A DNA stretch of 46,053 bases from Betaproteobacteria bacterium RBG_16_66_20 (GTDB taxonomy: Bacteria > Pseudomonadota > Gammaproteobacteria > Burkholderiales > SG8-39), in NCBI GenBank assembly GCA_001770285.1, contig MEQQ01000140.1, positions 5,589-51,641 of the forward strand, read 5' to 3'. Of the stretch, positions 34,846 through 43,967 are shown piece after piece. Each line of letters begins with the position of its first letter. Position 1 is the stretch's first letter. A model generated the notes under the pieces. The model was not told where the DNA came from. It did not search any database and saw only the letters and a program-made list of their open reading frames with translations. A program made the translations under genes and the position numbers.

Positions 34846-36678
34846 TTGCCCGCTGCGCCGAATTCCGCGAAGCTAGCGGCAGGGGAAACTGGTCTGGAAA
34901 AGAAGCAGTTCGGGCGTTACCTGATCGTCGCCGAGCTCGGCCGCGGGGCCATGGGCGCGGTGCACCGCGCCATCGATCCGCTGATCCAGCGGGACGTTGC
35001 GATAAAAACGCTGCTGCCGAACCTGCCCCCCGAAATCATGGACGAAGTCAGGGAGCGGTTCCTGCGCGAGGCGCGCTCCGCGGGCCGGCTCAATCACCCC
35101 AACATCGTCACCATCTACGACGTCGGCGAGCAGGACGGCATCGCCTACATGGCGATGGAGCTGCTCGAGGGCAAGTCGCTGCAGCAGATCCTGCGCGAAA
35201 CGCCGCGCCTGCCGGTCGCGACCATCGCGGACCTCGTGGCGCAGGTGGCCGACGGGCTCGATCTCGCGCAGCGCTTCCAGATCACGCATCGCGACATCAA
35301 GCCCGCGAACATCATGGTGTCGGCGGACTGGCGCGCCAAGCTCACCGACTTCGGCGTGGCGCACGTGGCGTCGTCTTCCATGACGCAGACCGGGTCGGCG
35401 CTCGGCTCGCCCAAGTACATGTCGCCCGAGCAGGTGACCGGGCAGACCGTCGATCCTCGCTCCGACATATTTTCGCTGGGCGTGGTGCTCTACGAAATGC
35501 TGGTGCGCCGCACCCCGTTCGAGCGCACGGGCGACAATACGGTGTTCGCGGTGATGCACCGGATCGCCGCCGAAGCCCACCTGCCCGTGGCCCGGATCGA
35601 CCCGCAGATCCCCACCGCGTTCGACCTGATTCTCGACCGCGCGCTGGCAAAGTCACCCGACAAGCGCTACCAGCGCGCCGGCGACATGGCGAACGACCTG
35701 CGCAACTACAAGGCGCTCGCGGGCGCCGCGCCTTCGGCCGAGCCGCAGTACGAAAAAACAATGCTGGTCGAGCGCACGCCCGGCCGGCCGCCGGCCGGCC
35801 CCGCGGGCACAGACCCGGCCACATCGACGCTGATCGAGGACCTGGACGCCTTCGCCAGGAGTTTCGAACAACGGCAGCAGGAGGCGCTGCGCGCCGAGGC
35901 CGAGGAGCGGCAACGCAAGGAAGACGCGATCCGGCGCTGGGCGGAGGCGGAGCAGAAGCGGCGGCAGGAGTTCGAGCGCGGACGCGACGCCAAGGCGGGT
36001 GCGACCCAGGGTGGGCAGCGGCGCAGCGCGGCGCTGGACCTGCTCAAGCAAAAGGCTGCCAGCCGCACCACGATCGCCGGCGCCGACCAGGTGAAAAAGG
36101 CGGAAAGCGTCGCACGCATCGACGAGCGGCTGCGCGCCGCATTCCGCTACCTTTCGGAGTTCACCAACGTGCTCAACGAGGCCCATCCGGTGTCGGACGG
36201 GCTGCAGGGCGTGATGTTCTTCGGCGACCGGGCGGGCATGATCCTGGGCGACGGCTTCACCGACATGCGCACCCGCGACCTGAACGGCAAGTCCTGCGCG
36301 GATTACGTCACATTCAGGTACAAGGTCCGCTTCCCGCAGCCGGTCAAGCTGGAAGTGACCGCGGCCGAGGCGCCGCGCATCCAGGAACGGCTCAAGGCGA
36401 TGGGCGTCAAGCACGAGCATTTCGCGAAGAAGAACGAACTGGGACAGGTGACCCACGCCACCTTCATGCTCGCCGGCCCCTTCCCCTGCCAGGCGCTGCT
36501 GCGCGGCGACTACGACGAACCGGGCATCGTGATCGAACTGACTAACGTGAGGCACCATGGCACCGCGAGAACGCGCCTCGCGGCCGAGGAACTCAACGAC
36601 GACGTGCTCGACGAATTCGGCACCTGGGTGCTGGGCGCCGACGAAGCGTTCGAACGATTCCTGAAGACCCGCGCATGA
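34846..36678 (+). CDS. Hanks-type Ser/Thr protein kinase with coiled-coil linker and uncharacterised C-terminal domain
   Basis: LGRGAMGAV, VAIK, HRDIKPAN, DFG, YMSPE, DIFSLG; E/R/Q-rich helix; no transmembrane segment. The start codon is uncertain. Confidence 0.9.
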   Translation: MPAAPNSAKLAAGETGLEKKQFGRYLIVAELGRGAMGAVHRAIDPLIQRDVAIKTLLPNLPPEIMDEVRERFLREARSAGRLNHPNIVTIYDVGEQDGIAYMAMELLEGKSLQQILRETPRLPVATIADLVAQVADGLDLAQRFQITHRDIKPANIMVSADWRAKLTDFGVAHVASSSMTQTGSALGSPKYMSPEQVTGQTVDPRSDIFSLGVVLYEMLVRRTPFERTGDNTVFAVMHRIAAEAHLPVARIDPQIPTAFDLILDRALAKSPDKRYQRAGDMANDLRNYKALAGAAPSAEPQYEKTMLVERTPGRPPAGPAGTDPATSTLIEDLDAFARSFEQRQQEALRAEAEERQRKEDAIRRWAEAEQKRRQEFERGRDAKAGATQGGQRRSAALDLLKQKAASRTTIAGADQVKKAESVARIDERLRAAFRYLSEFTNVLNEAHPVSDGLQGVMFFGDRAGMILGDGFTDMRTRDLNGKSCADYVTFRYKVRFPQPVKLEVTAAEAPRIQERLKAMGVKHEHFAKKNELGQVTHATFMLAGPFPCQALLRGDYDEPGIVIELTNVRHHGTARTRLAAEELNDDVLDEFGTWVLGADEAFERFLKTRA

Positions 36679-38393
36679 CGCTGCCAAGCGCGCGCGCGCC
36701 GGAGGGCGTGCCCGAATCCCGCGGCCTGAACCTGTTCGAGGCGGACCCCTCCTACCGGGGGCTGCTGGAGCTGCACCTCGAGCCGAAGCTCTGCGCCCAC
36801 CTGCTGCCTCATTTCGCGCAGTTAGGCGCGATGGCGGGCGGTGATCTTGATGAATTGGCGTTGGAAGCAGACAAGAATCCTCCGGTATTGAACGGCCAAA
36901 GGATAGAAAAAAGCCAGGCCTACAAAAAACTGGAGGAAGTCGCCTTCGCCAAATACGGCCTTGCCGCCATGTCGCACCGGGGCGGCGTGCTCGGCTGGCC
37001 GGAGCCGCTGCCGCCCGCGGTCAAATACGCGCTCACCTATGTTTACGTGCAGGCCGAATTCGGCGTCTGCTGCCCTCTGTCGATGACCGATGCGCTGACG
37101 CGCACCATCCGCAAATACGCCGATCCGGCGCTGGTGGCGCGCTATCTGCCCGGGCTGACATCACAGGACCTCGACGCGTTGACGCAGGGTGCGATGTTCA
37201 TCACCGAGCAGCAGGCCGGTTCGGACGTTGGACTGGTACAAACGCTTGCAACAAGAGAAAAAGATCATTGGCTGCTGTCCGGCGACAAATGGTTCTGCTC
37301 CAACGTCGATGCCGGTCTGGCCCTGGTCCTCGCGCGCCCCGAGGGTGCGCCCGGCGGAACCGCCGGCCTTTCCCTGTTTCTGCTGCCGCGCACGCTGCCG
37401 GACGGATCGCCCAACCGTTACCGCATCGTGCGCCTCAAGGACAAACTCGGCACGCGCGACATGCCGAGCGGCGAGATCAAGCTCGAGGGCGCGCTCGCCT
37501 GGCTGGTGGGCGACCCGCAGCAGGGCTTCAAACAGATGACCGACATGATCAACATGTCGCGCCTGTCCAACGGCATGCGTGCTGCCGGCATGATGCGCCG
37601 CGCGCTCACCGAGGCCCTGTTCGTCGCACGGCGGCGCATGGCGTTCGGCAAGCCGCTGATCGAGCTGCCGCTGATGCGCCGGCAGCTGCTCAAGCTGATG
37701 CTGCCAGCGGAGGCCGCGCGTTCCGTTCTATTCTTTATTTCAAAGGATTTGGAAAAAGCAGACGCGGGAGATGAGCTCGCGCGGCGCCGCGTCCGGCTTC
37801 TCACGCCGCTCATCAAGTTCCGCGCCTGCCGCGACGCGCGCCGCGTCACCGCAGACGCCATGGAGGTGCGCGGCGGGGCCGGTTACATCGAGGAATGGTC
37901 GGATCCCCGGCTGGTGCGCGACGCGCACCTGGGCTCGATCTGGGAAGGCACCTCCAACATCGTCGCGCTCGACGTGCTGCGCGCGATCCGGCGCGAGAAA
38001 TGCCTCGAAGCGCTGCTGCCGGAGCTGGACGAGCGCATCGCGCGCGCGCCGCGCCTGCTCGCCGGGCGCCTGGCCGCATCGCTCGACAAGGCCGCGGAGT
38101 TTGCGCACGAGACCGCGAGCACGCAAAGCGAGGCCCATGCGCGGCAGGCTGCGACCGGTCTTTACTACGCTTGCGCCGCGGCCCTGCTTGCCGACGAAGG
38201 TACGCGCCTCGGAGAACGCGGCGATGCGCGCCGCCAATTGCTCGCATTCCTCGCCTACGTGCACCGCCTCGCACCGCGCGATCCTCTGCGGCGCGTCACG
38301 ACCGGCTTCGAAGCCGAGTTCGCGCAAGCCTTGCTGCCCGAAACGCCCATTGCGCCGGATGCGGCCGAGCGCATTCTGACGCGCCTTGCCTGA
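36675..38393 (+). CDS. AidB-like acyl-CoA dehydrogenase
   Basis: QAEFGVCCPLSMT, AMFITEQQAGSDV, GDKWFCSN, RLKDKLGTR, AMEVRGGAGYIEE, IWEGTSNIVALD. Confidence 0.88.
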   Translation: MTLPSARAPEGVPESRGLNLFEADPSYRGLLELHLEPKLCAHLLPHFAQLGAMAGGDLDELALEADKNPPVLNGQRIEKSQAYKKLEEVAFAKYGLAAMSHRGGVLGWPEPLPPAVKYALTYVYVQAEFGVCCPLSMTDALTRTIRKYADPALVARYLPGLTSQDLDALTQGAMFITEQQAGSDVGLVQTLATREKDHWLLSGDKWFCSNVDAGLALVLARPEGAPGGTAGLSLFLLPRTLPDGSPNRYRIVRLKDKLGTRDMPSGEIKLEGALAWLVGDPQQGFKQMTDMINMSRLSNGMRAAGMMRRALTEALFVARRRMAFGKPLIELPLMRRQLLKLMLPAEAARSVLFFISKDLEKADAGDELARRRVRLLTPLIKFRACRDARRVTADAMEVRGGAGYIEEWSDPRLVRDAHLGSIWEGTSNIVALDVLRAIRREKCLEALLPELDERIARAPRLLAGRLAASLDKAAEFAHETASTQSEAHARQAATGLYYACAAALLADEGTRLGERGDARRQLLAFLAYVHRLAPRDPLRRVTTGFEAEFAQALLPETPIAPDAAERILTRLA

Positions 38394-38403
38394 AGGATCC
38401 GCC

Positions 38404-39627
38404 ATGGCCGGCCCTCTTTCGCACCTCCGCGTCCTCGACCTGTCGCGCGTGCTTGCCGGGCCGTGGGCGGCGCAGAACCTCGCCGATCTGGGCGCCGAGG
38501 TGATCAAGATCGAGCGCCCCGGCGCGGGCGACGATACGCGCGGCTGGGGCCCGCCCTGGATGAAGGACGCCCAGGGCAAGGACACCGGCGAATCCGCCTA
38601 TTTCCTCTCGGTCAACCGCAACAAGAAATCGGTGACGCTCGACATCGCCAAGCCCGAGGGGCAGCAGATCGCGCGCGAACTGGCGGACAGGTGCCAGGTA
38701 CTGATTGAAAATTACAAGGTCGGTACGTTGAAAAAATACGGCCTGGGTTATGAAGAATTAACGGCATCCAACCCGTCCCTCATCTACTGCTCGGTCACCG
38801 GCTTCGGGCAGGACGGCCCCTATGCGCCGCGCCCGGGCTATGACTTCGTCTTCCAGGGCATGGGCGGGCTGATGTCGATCACCGGCGAACGCGACGGGCA
38901 GCCGGGCGCCGGTCCGCAGAAAGTCGGCATCGCGATCACCGACGTGCTCACGGGGATGTACGCGAGCGTGGCGATCCTTGCCGCGATCACCCACCGCGAA
39001 CGCACCGGCCAGGGGCAGTACATCGATGCGGCCCTGCTGGACACCATGGTCGCCTTCAACGCCAACCAGATCGTGTCCTACTTCTGCTCGGGGAAGATTC
39101 CGGTCCGCTGGGGCAACGCGCATCCGCAGGTCGTTCCCTACGAGGTATTCCCGACCGCCGACGGCCACATCATCCTCGCCATCGGCAACGACGGCCAGTT
39201 CGAGCGCTTCTGCGAGGTCGCCGGCGCCGCCGCGCTGGCGCAGGAACCGCGCTTCAAGACCATGTCGCAGCGGATCATCCACCGCGGCGAGCTGATCCCG
39301 CTGATCGCCGAAATAATGCGCACGCGCAGCAAGCGCGAATGGATCGGGCAGCTCGAGGCGGCCACCGTTCCCTGCGGCCCGATCAACAACATGAAGGAAG
39401 TGTTCGAGGACCCCCAGGTGCGGCACCGCAAGCTGCGCGTCGACATGCCGCACCCGCTGGGCGGCGTCGCGCCGGTCGTGGCGAGCCCGCTGCGGCTTTC
39501 GGAGACGCCGGTTGAATACCGCATTGCGCCGCCGACGCTCGGTCAACACAACGAGGAAATCCTCCAGGGCCTGCTCGGCAGAAGCGCCGCCGACCTGAAA
39601 CGCCTCAAGGACGCGGGAATCGTCTAG
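38404..39627 (+). CDS. CaiB/BaiF (family III) CoA transferase
   Basis: RVLDLSRVLAGP, GDDTRGWGPP, NRNKKS, ENYKVG, TGFGQDGPY, GYDF, PPTLGQH; SD AAGGA before ATG at 38404. Confidence 0.93.
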   Translation: MAGPLSHLRVLDLSRVLAGPWAAQNLADLGAEVIKIERPGAGDDTRGWGPPWMKDAQGKDTGESAYFLSVNRNKKSVTLDIAKPEGQQIARELADRCQVLIENYKVGTLKKYGLGYEELTASNPSLIYCSVTGFGQDGPYAPRPGYDFVFQGMGGLMSITGERDGQPGAGPQKVGIAITDVLTGMYASVAILAAITHRERTGQGQYIDAALLDTMVAFNANQIVSYFCSGKIPVRWGNAHPQVVPYEVFPTADGHIILAIGNDGQFERFCEVAGAAALAQEPRFKTMSQRIIHRGELIPLIAEIMRTRSKREWIGQLEAATVPCGPINNMKEVFEDPQVRHRKLRVDMPHPLGGVAPVVASPLRLSETPVEYRIAPPTLGQHNEEILQGLLGRSAADLKRLKDAGIV

Positions 39628-39649
39628 GATTTGAGCTACGGAGGATCCA

Positions 39650-40612
39650 ATGAAGAAAATGCTGCTGGTTTCCGTTCTTTTGACTCTTGCCTCGGCGGTG
39701 CAGGCGCAGAGCTACCCCAACAAGCCGATCCGCTGGGTGATTCCGTACCCGCCGGGCGGGATCACCGACAACGTGACGCGGATGGTGACGCTGAAGATGC
39801 AGGAGTCGCTTGGCCAGCCGATCGTGATCGAGAACAAGCCGGGCGCCAACTCCATCATCGGCGCCGACCTCGTGGCCAAGGCGGCGCCCGACGGCTACAG
39901 CATCGTCACCGTGATCGCCGCGCACGCCGCAAATGCGACGCTCTACCAGGGCAAGCTGCCGTTCGACCCGGTGAAGAGTTTTGCGCCGGTGTCCCTGGCG
40001 GTGGTCGCGCCGCTGATCCTGACCGCGAACAACAACTTCCCGCCGAAGTCGGCGAAAGAGCTGGTCGAATACGCGAAGAAGAACCCGGGCAAGATTTCCT
40101 TCGGCTCCTCCGGCATCGGCGCGGCGGCGCACCTCACGACCGAGCTTTTCAAGCAGACCACCGGCGTGGACATGGTGCACATTCCGTACAAGGGCACCGC
40201 GCCGGCCCTGCAAGGGCTGATGGGCGGCGACATCCAGATCCTGGTGGACGTGCCGAGCACCTTGATGCCCCAGGTGCGCGGCGGCAAGATCAAGGCGCTC
40301 GCGATGTTCTCCGCGCAACGGGTGCCGGGCGCGCAGGAAGTCCCGACCATGGCCGAGGCCGGCGGCCCGCCGATCGAATCCTCCACCTGGCTGATGTTCC
40401 TCGCGCCCGCCGGCACGCCGCGCGAAATCGTCAACCGCCTGTCGCAGGAGGCGGACAAGGTCGTCAAGTCCAGCGAGATGAGGGCGCGTTTCGACCAGCT
40501 GGGCATCTTCCCCGGCGGCGGCACGCCCGAGCAGGCGGCGAAATTCCTCGCCGACGAGATCACCAAGTGGGCGCGCGTCATCTCCACTGCGGGCGTAAAG
40601 GCGACCGATTAG
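39650..40612 (+). CDS. Bug/TctC tripartite tricarboxylate transporter receptor
   Basis: Signal peptide AQS-YPNKPI, PYPPGG.TD, ENKPGA, APDGY, HIPYKG, VPTMAEAG; SD GGAGG. Confidence 0.92.
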   Translation: MKKMLLVSVLLTLASAVQAQSYPNKPIRWVIPYPPGGITDNVTRMVTLKMQESLGQPIVIENKPGANSIIGADLVAKAAPDGYSIVTVIAAHAANATLYQGKLPFDPVKSFAPVSLAVVAPLILTANNNFPPKSAKELVEYAKKNPGKISFGSSGIGAAAHLTTELFKQTTGVDMVHIPYKGTAPALQGLMGGDIQILVDVPSTLMPQVRGGKIKALAMFSAQRVPGAQEVPTMAEAGGPPIESSTWLMFLAPAGTPREIVNRLSQEADKVVKSSEMRARFDQLGIFPGGGTPEQAAKFLADEITKWARVISTAGVKATD

Positions 40613-41761
40613 ATGGAGGCCGAAGAGTCCCACGCAGAACTGCGCGACGCCGTCCGCGCGCTCTGCAATACCTTCGATTCCGCCTACTGGCAGAAGGTCG
40701 ACGCGGCGCGCGCCTACCCCGAAGCCTTCGTCGACGCGCTCACCAAGGCGGGCTGGATGTCGGCGCTGATCCCCGAGGAATACGGCGGCTCCGGCCTGTC
40801 GCTCACCGAAGCCTCGGTAATCATGGAAGAGGTCACCCGCACGGGCGGCAATGCCGGCTGCTGCCACGGCCAGATGTACAACATGAACACGCTGCTGCGG
40901 CACGGCTCGGCCGAGCAGAAGACGAAGTACCTGCCGAGGATCGCCACCGGCGAGCTGCGGCTGCAGTCGATGGGGGTGACCGAGCCGACCGCCGGCACCG
41001 ACACCACCAGCATCAAGACGGTGGCCGTAAGGAAGGGCGACCGCTACGTGGCCAACGGCCAGAAGGTCTGGACCTCGCGCCTGCAGCACTCCGAGCTCAT
41101 GATCCTGCTCGCGCGCACCACGCCGATTTCCGAAGTCGCGAAGAAATCCGAAGGGATGTCTATTTTTCTTGTAGAAACAAAAAGTAAAGGCTTGGAGATC
41201 AAACCCATCCGGAATATGGTGAACCACGAGACCAACGAGGTGTTCATCGACAACCTCGAGATCCCGGCCGAGAACCTGATCGGCGAGGAAGGCAAGGGCT
41301 TCAGATACATCCTCGACGGCCTGAACGCCGAGCGCATCCTGATCGCCGCCGAGTGCATCGGCGACGGCTACTGGTTCATCGAACGCGCCGCCAAGTATTC
41401 CAAGGAACGCGTGGTGTTCGGCCGGCCGATCGGCCAGAACCAGGGCATCCAGTTCCCGATCGCCGAGTCGTACATGGAAATCGAGGCCGCCAACCTGATG
41501 CGCTACAAGGCGGCGGCGCTGTTCGACGAAGAAAAGCACTGCGGGGCGGAGGCCAACATGGCCAAGCACCTTTGCGCCAAGGCCTCCTGGGAAGCGGCCA
41601 ACGTCTGCATCCAGACCTACGGCGGCTTCGGTTTCGCCGCGGAGTACGACGTGGAGCGCAAATTCCGCGAGTCCCGGCTCTACCTGGTCGCGCCGATCTC
41701 CACCAACCTGATCCTCGCCTACGTCGCCGAGCACGTGCTCGGCCTGCCTAGGTCCTTCTGA
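40613..41761 (+). CDS. Acyl-CoA dehydrogenase (short type)
   Basis: IPEEYGGSG, HGQMYNM, QSMGVTEP, NGQKVW, GLNAERILIA, GGFGFAAEYDVERKFRE. Confidence 0.92.
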   Translation: MEAEESHAELRDAVRALCNTFDSAYWQKVDAARAYPEAFVDALTKAGWMSALIPEEYGGSGLSLTEASVIMEEVTRTGGNAGCCHGQMYNMNTLLRHGSAEQKTKYLPRIATGELRLQSMGVTEPTAGTDTTSIKTVAVRKGDRYVANGQKVWTSRLQHSELMILLARTTPISEVAKKSEGMSIFLVETKSKGLEIKPIRNMVNHETNEVFIDNLEIPAENLIGEEGKGFRYILDGLNAERILIAAECIGDGYWFIERAAKYSKERVVFGRPIGQNQGIQFPIAESYMEIEAANLMRYKAAALFDEEKHCGAEANMAKHLCAKASWEAANVCIQTYGGFGFAAEYDVERKFRESRLYLVAPISTNLILAYVAEHVLGLPRSF

Positions 41762-43031
41762 GCTCCGCGAAGATGTTCCGGCAGCGCGTCTCGCGCAGCC
41801 GGAACGCGGCCACGACGCCGATCAGCGCGATGACCGCGAGCAGCGCCGCGGCGCTCCGATAGCCGACCAGCGGACCGCCCGCGCCGGCCCGGTCGAGCAC
41901 CCATCCCACCAGCGGCTGGAACAGCGCGGTGCCGAGAAAGCCGCCGGTATTCACCAGACTGGTGGCGGTTCCCGAAAGCGCGGGAGGATTGAGTTCCTTG
42001 GCCAGTGCCCAGGCCAGCGTCGCCCCGGCGATTCCGACCCCCATCAGGATGAACAGGGCGAGCGAAGCCGCCACCGCAAGCTGCCACCCCATGACCCACG
42101 GCAGCCAGCTCACGAGGTACAACAGCGACAACGCGCGCAGCAGCGGCAGGCGCCGCCCCATGCGATCCGAAATCGCACCGACGGCAAACGAACCGAACGC
42201 GAACGCGACAATCATCGCGGTGACGTGCAGCGTCGCGCTCGCGCGCGTCAATCCGAGGCCGTCGGTCAGATACGGCACCGCCCACAGGCCCGAGAACGTG
42301 AGGTACGAACCGATCATCCCGAGATGCATGAAGAATCCGGGCCAGGTATCGCGGTTGGCCGCCACCCGTGCGAACCCGTCCCACCATCCCGAGTGCGTCT
42401 GCGATGCCTCGTCCTTGCCTTCGAGGGCGCGCGCCGAAGGCAGTCCGGCGTCGCGCGGATCGTCGCGCACCCAAAGCCAGATGCACAGCGCGAGCGCGAG
42501 CGACAGCACGCCGGTCACCACGAACACCGTGCGCCAGGAAGCGTACTGGATCACCCAGCCGAGCGGATACGCAGCCAGCACCGCGCCCAGGTTTCCGAGC
42601 AGCATCAGCACGCCGACCCAGGTGCCGAACTCGCGTTCGCTGTACCAGGAAGCGATCAGCTTGAGCACCGATACGAAGACCACCGCCACGCCCAGCCCGA
42701 CCAGCGCACGGCCCGCGAGCAGCCAGTCGACGCTCGGCGCGAACGCGAACAACAGCGAACCGATCCCGGCGACCACGGACCCGGCGGTGAACAGGCGGCG
42801 CGGCCCGATCGAGTCGGCGAGTACCCCGGAGGGCAATTGCATCGCGGCGTAGGGATAGAAGTACAGCGCCGCAATGAACCCGAGCGTGGTTGCGCTGGTG
42901 TCGAAGGCCGCGCGCAGGTCGGCGGCGATCGCGCCCGGCGCCACGCGATGGAAGAAGGCGAGGATGAACGCCGCCGCGCCGAGCGCGTAGGCGAGCCCGC
43001 GCAGCTGCCTATAGCGGTCGGATTGACGCAA
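41748..43031 (-). CDS. MFS transporter
   Basis: About 12 hydrophobic helices, GVLADSIGPRR and GAISDRMGRR motif-A copies; the TTG start abuts the upstream stop. Confidence 0.88.
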   Translation of the reverse strand: MRQSDRYRQLRGLAYALGAAAFILAFFHRVAPGAIAADLRAAFDTSATTLGFIAALYFYPYAAMQLPSGVLADSIGPRRLFTAGSVVAGIGSLLFAFAPSVDWLLAGRALVGLGVAVVFVSVLKLIASWYSEREFGTWVGVLMLLGNLGAVLAAYPLGWVIQYASWRTVFVVTGVLSLALALCIWLWVRDDPRDAGLPSARALEGKDEASQTHSGWWDGFARVAANRDTWPGFFMHLGMIGSYLTFSGLWAVPYLTDGLGLTRASATLHVTAMIVAFAFGSFAVGAISDRMGRRLPLLRALSLLYLVSWLPWVMGWQLAVAASLALFILMGVGIAGATLAWALAKELNPPALSGTATSLVNTGGFLGTALFQPLVGWVLDRAGAGGPLVGYRSAAALLAVIALIGVVAAFRLRETRCRNIFAELRRT

Positions 43032-43955
43032 TCAGAGCGGCTTCTTGAGCCAGTTGCCGAGCTCGCCGACCACGCCGCGGCGGAAGGTCAGCACGCAGAT
43101 CACGAAGATCGCGCCCTGCACCACGGTCACCCAGGCGCCGAGCTGCGCCAGGTAGTTTTCCATCGTAATGATGATGAAGGCGCCAACCACGGGGCCGAAC
43201 ACGGTTCCGAGCCCCCCCAGCAGGGTCATCAGCACCACCTCCCCCGACATGCTCCAGTGCACATCCGTCAACGAGGCGAGCTGGAACACCAGCGCCTTGG
43301 TGGCGCCGGCGAGGCCGGCCAGGGTCGCCGACAGCAGGTACGCGAGCAGCTTGTAGCGGGTGACGTCGTAGCCGAGCGAAATCGCGCGCTGCTCGTTTTC
43401 CCGGATCGCCTTCAGCACCTGGCCGAACGGCGAATGGATCACCCGGTAGATCAGCAGGAAACCGGCGAAGAAAACCGCCATCACCGTGCCATACATCGCC
43501 CAGATATTCGCCAGATCGATCACCCCGAACAGCATGCCGCGCGGCACCGCCTGGATCCCGTCCTCGCCGTAGGTGAACGGCGCCTGCAGGTAGTAGAAAT
43601 AGATCATCTGCGCGAGCGCCAGCGTGATCATCGCGAAATAGATGCCCTGGCGGCGGATCGCAAGCAGCCCTGTCACCAGACCGAGCAGCGCGGCGGCGGC
43701 GGTGCCGAACAGGATCGCGAACTCGGGCGCGAATCCCCATACCTTGGCCGCGTGTGCGGTGGCGTAGCCGGCGGTGCCGAGGAACATCGCGTGGCCGAAC
43801 GACAGCAGGCCGCCGAAGCCGATCAGCAGGTTGAAGGCGCAGGCGAACAGGGCAAAGCACATCGCCTTCATCAGGAACACCGGGTACACCGCGAGCGGCG
43901 CGGCGAGGAAGAACGCGAACATCACCCCGAGCGCGATTTTCTGTGAACGCGGCAT
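43032..43955 (-). CDS. Liv-type ABC permease (LivM-like)
   Basis: GFGGLLSFGHA, IRRQGIYFAMITLA, SPFGQVLKAIRENE, LGGLGT. Confidence 0.92.
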   Translation of the reverse strand: MPRSQKIALGVMFAFFLAAPLAVYPVFLMKAMCFALFACAFNLLIGFGGLLSFGHAMFLGTAGYATAHAAKVWGFAPEFAILFGTAAAALLGLVTGLLAIRRQGIYFAMITLALAQMIYFYYLQAPFTYGEDGIQAVPRGMLFGVIDLANIWAMYGTVMAVFFAGFLLIYRVIHSPFGQVLKAIRENEQRAISLGYDVTRYKLLAYLLSATLAGLAGATKALVFQLASLTDVHWSMSGEVVLMTLLGGLGTVFGPVVGAFIIITMENYLAQLGAWVTVVQGAIFVICVLTFRRGVVGELGNWLKKPL

Positions 43956-43967
43956 GCGTGGCTTGCC

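Noticed and set aside
39605-41734. Long antisense or alternative-frame ORFs (709 aa here; also 1683-3050, 4890-6413, 6420-7961, 20109-21665, 30253-31923, 42225-43946, 43009-44895)
   Set aside because: Shadow ORFs expected from high GC3: they overlap well-supported genes, have skewed R/A/G/H/V composition and carry no recognisable motifs.
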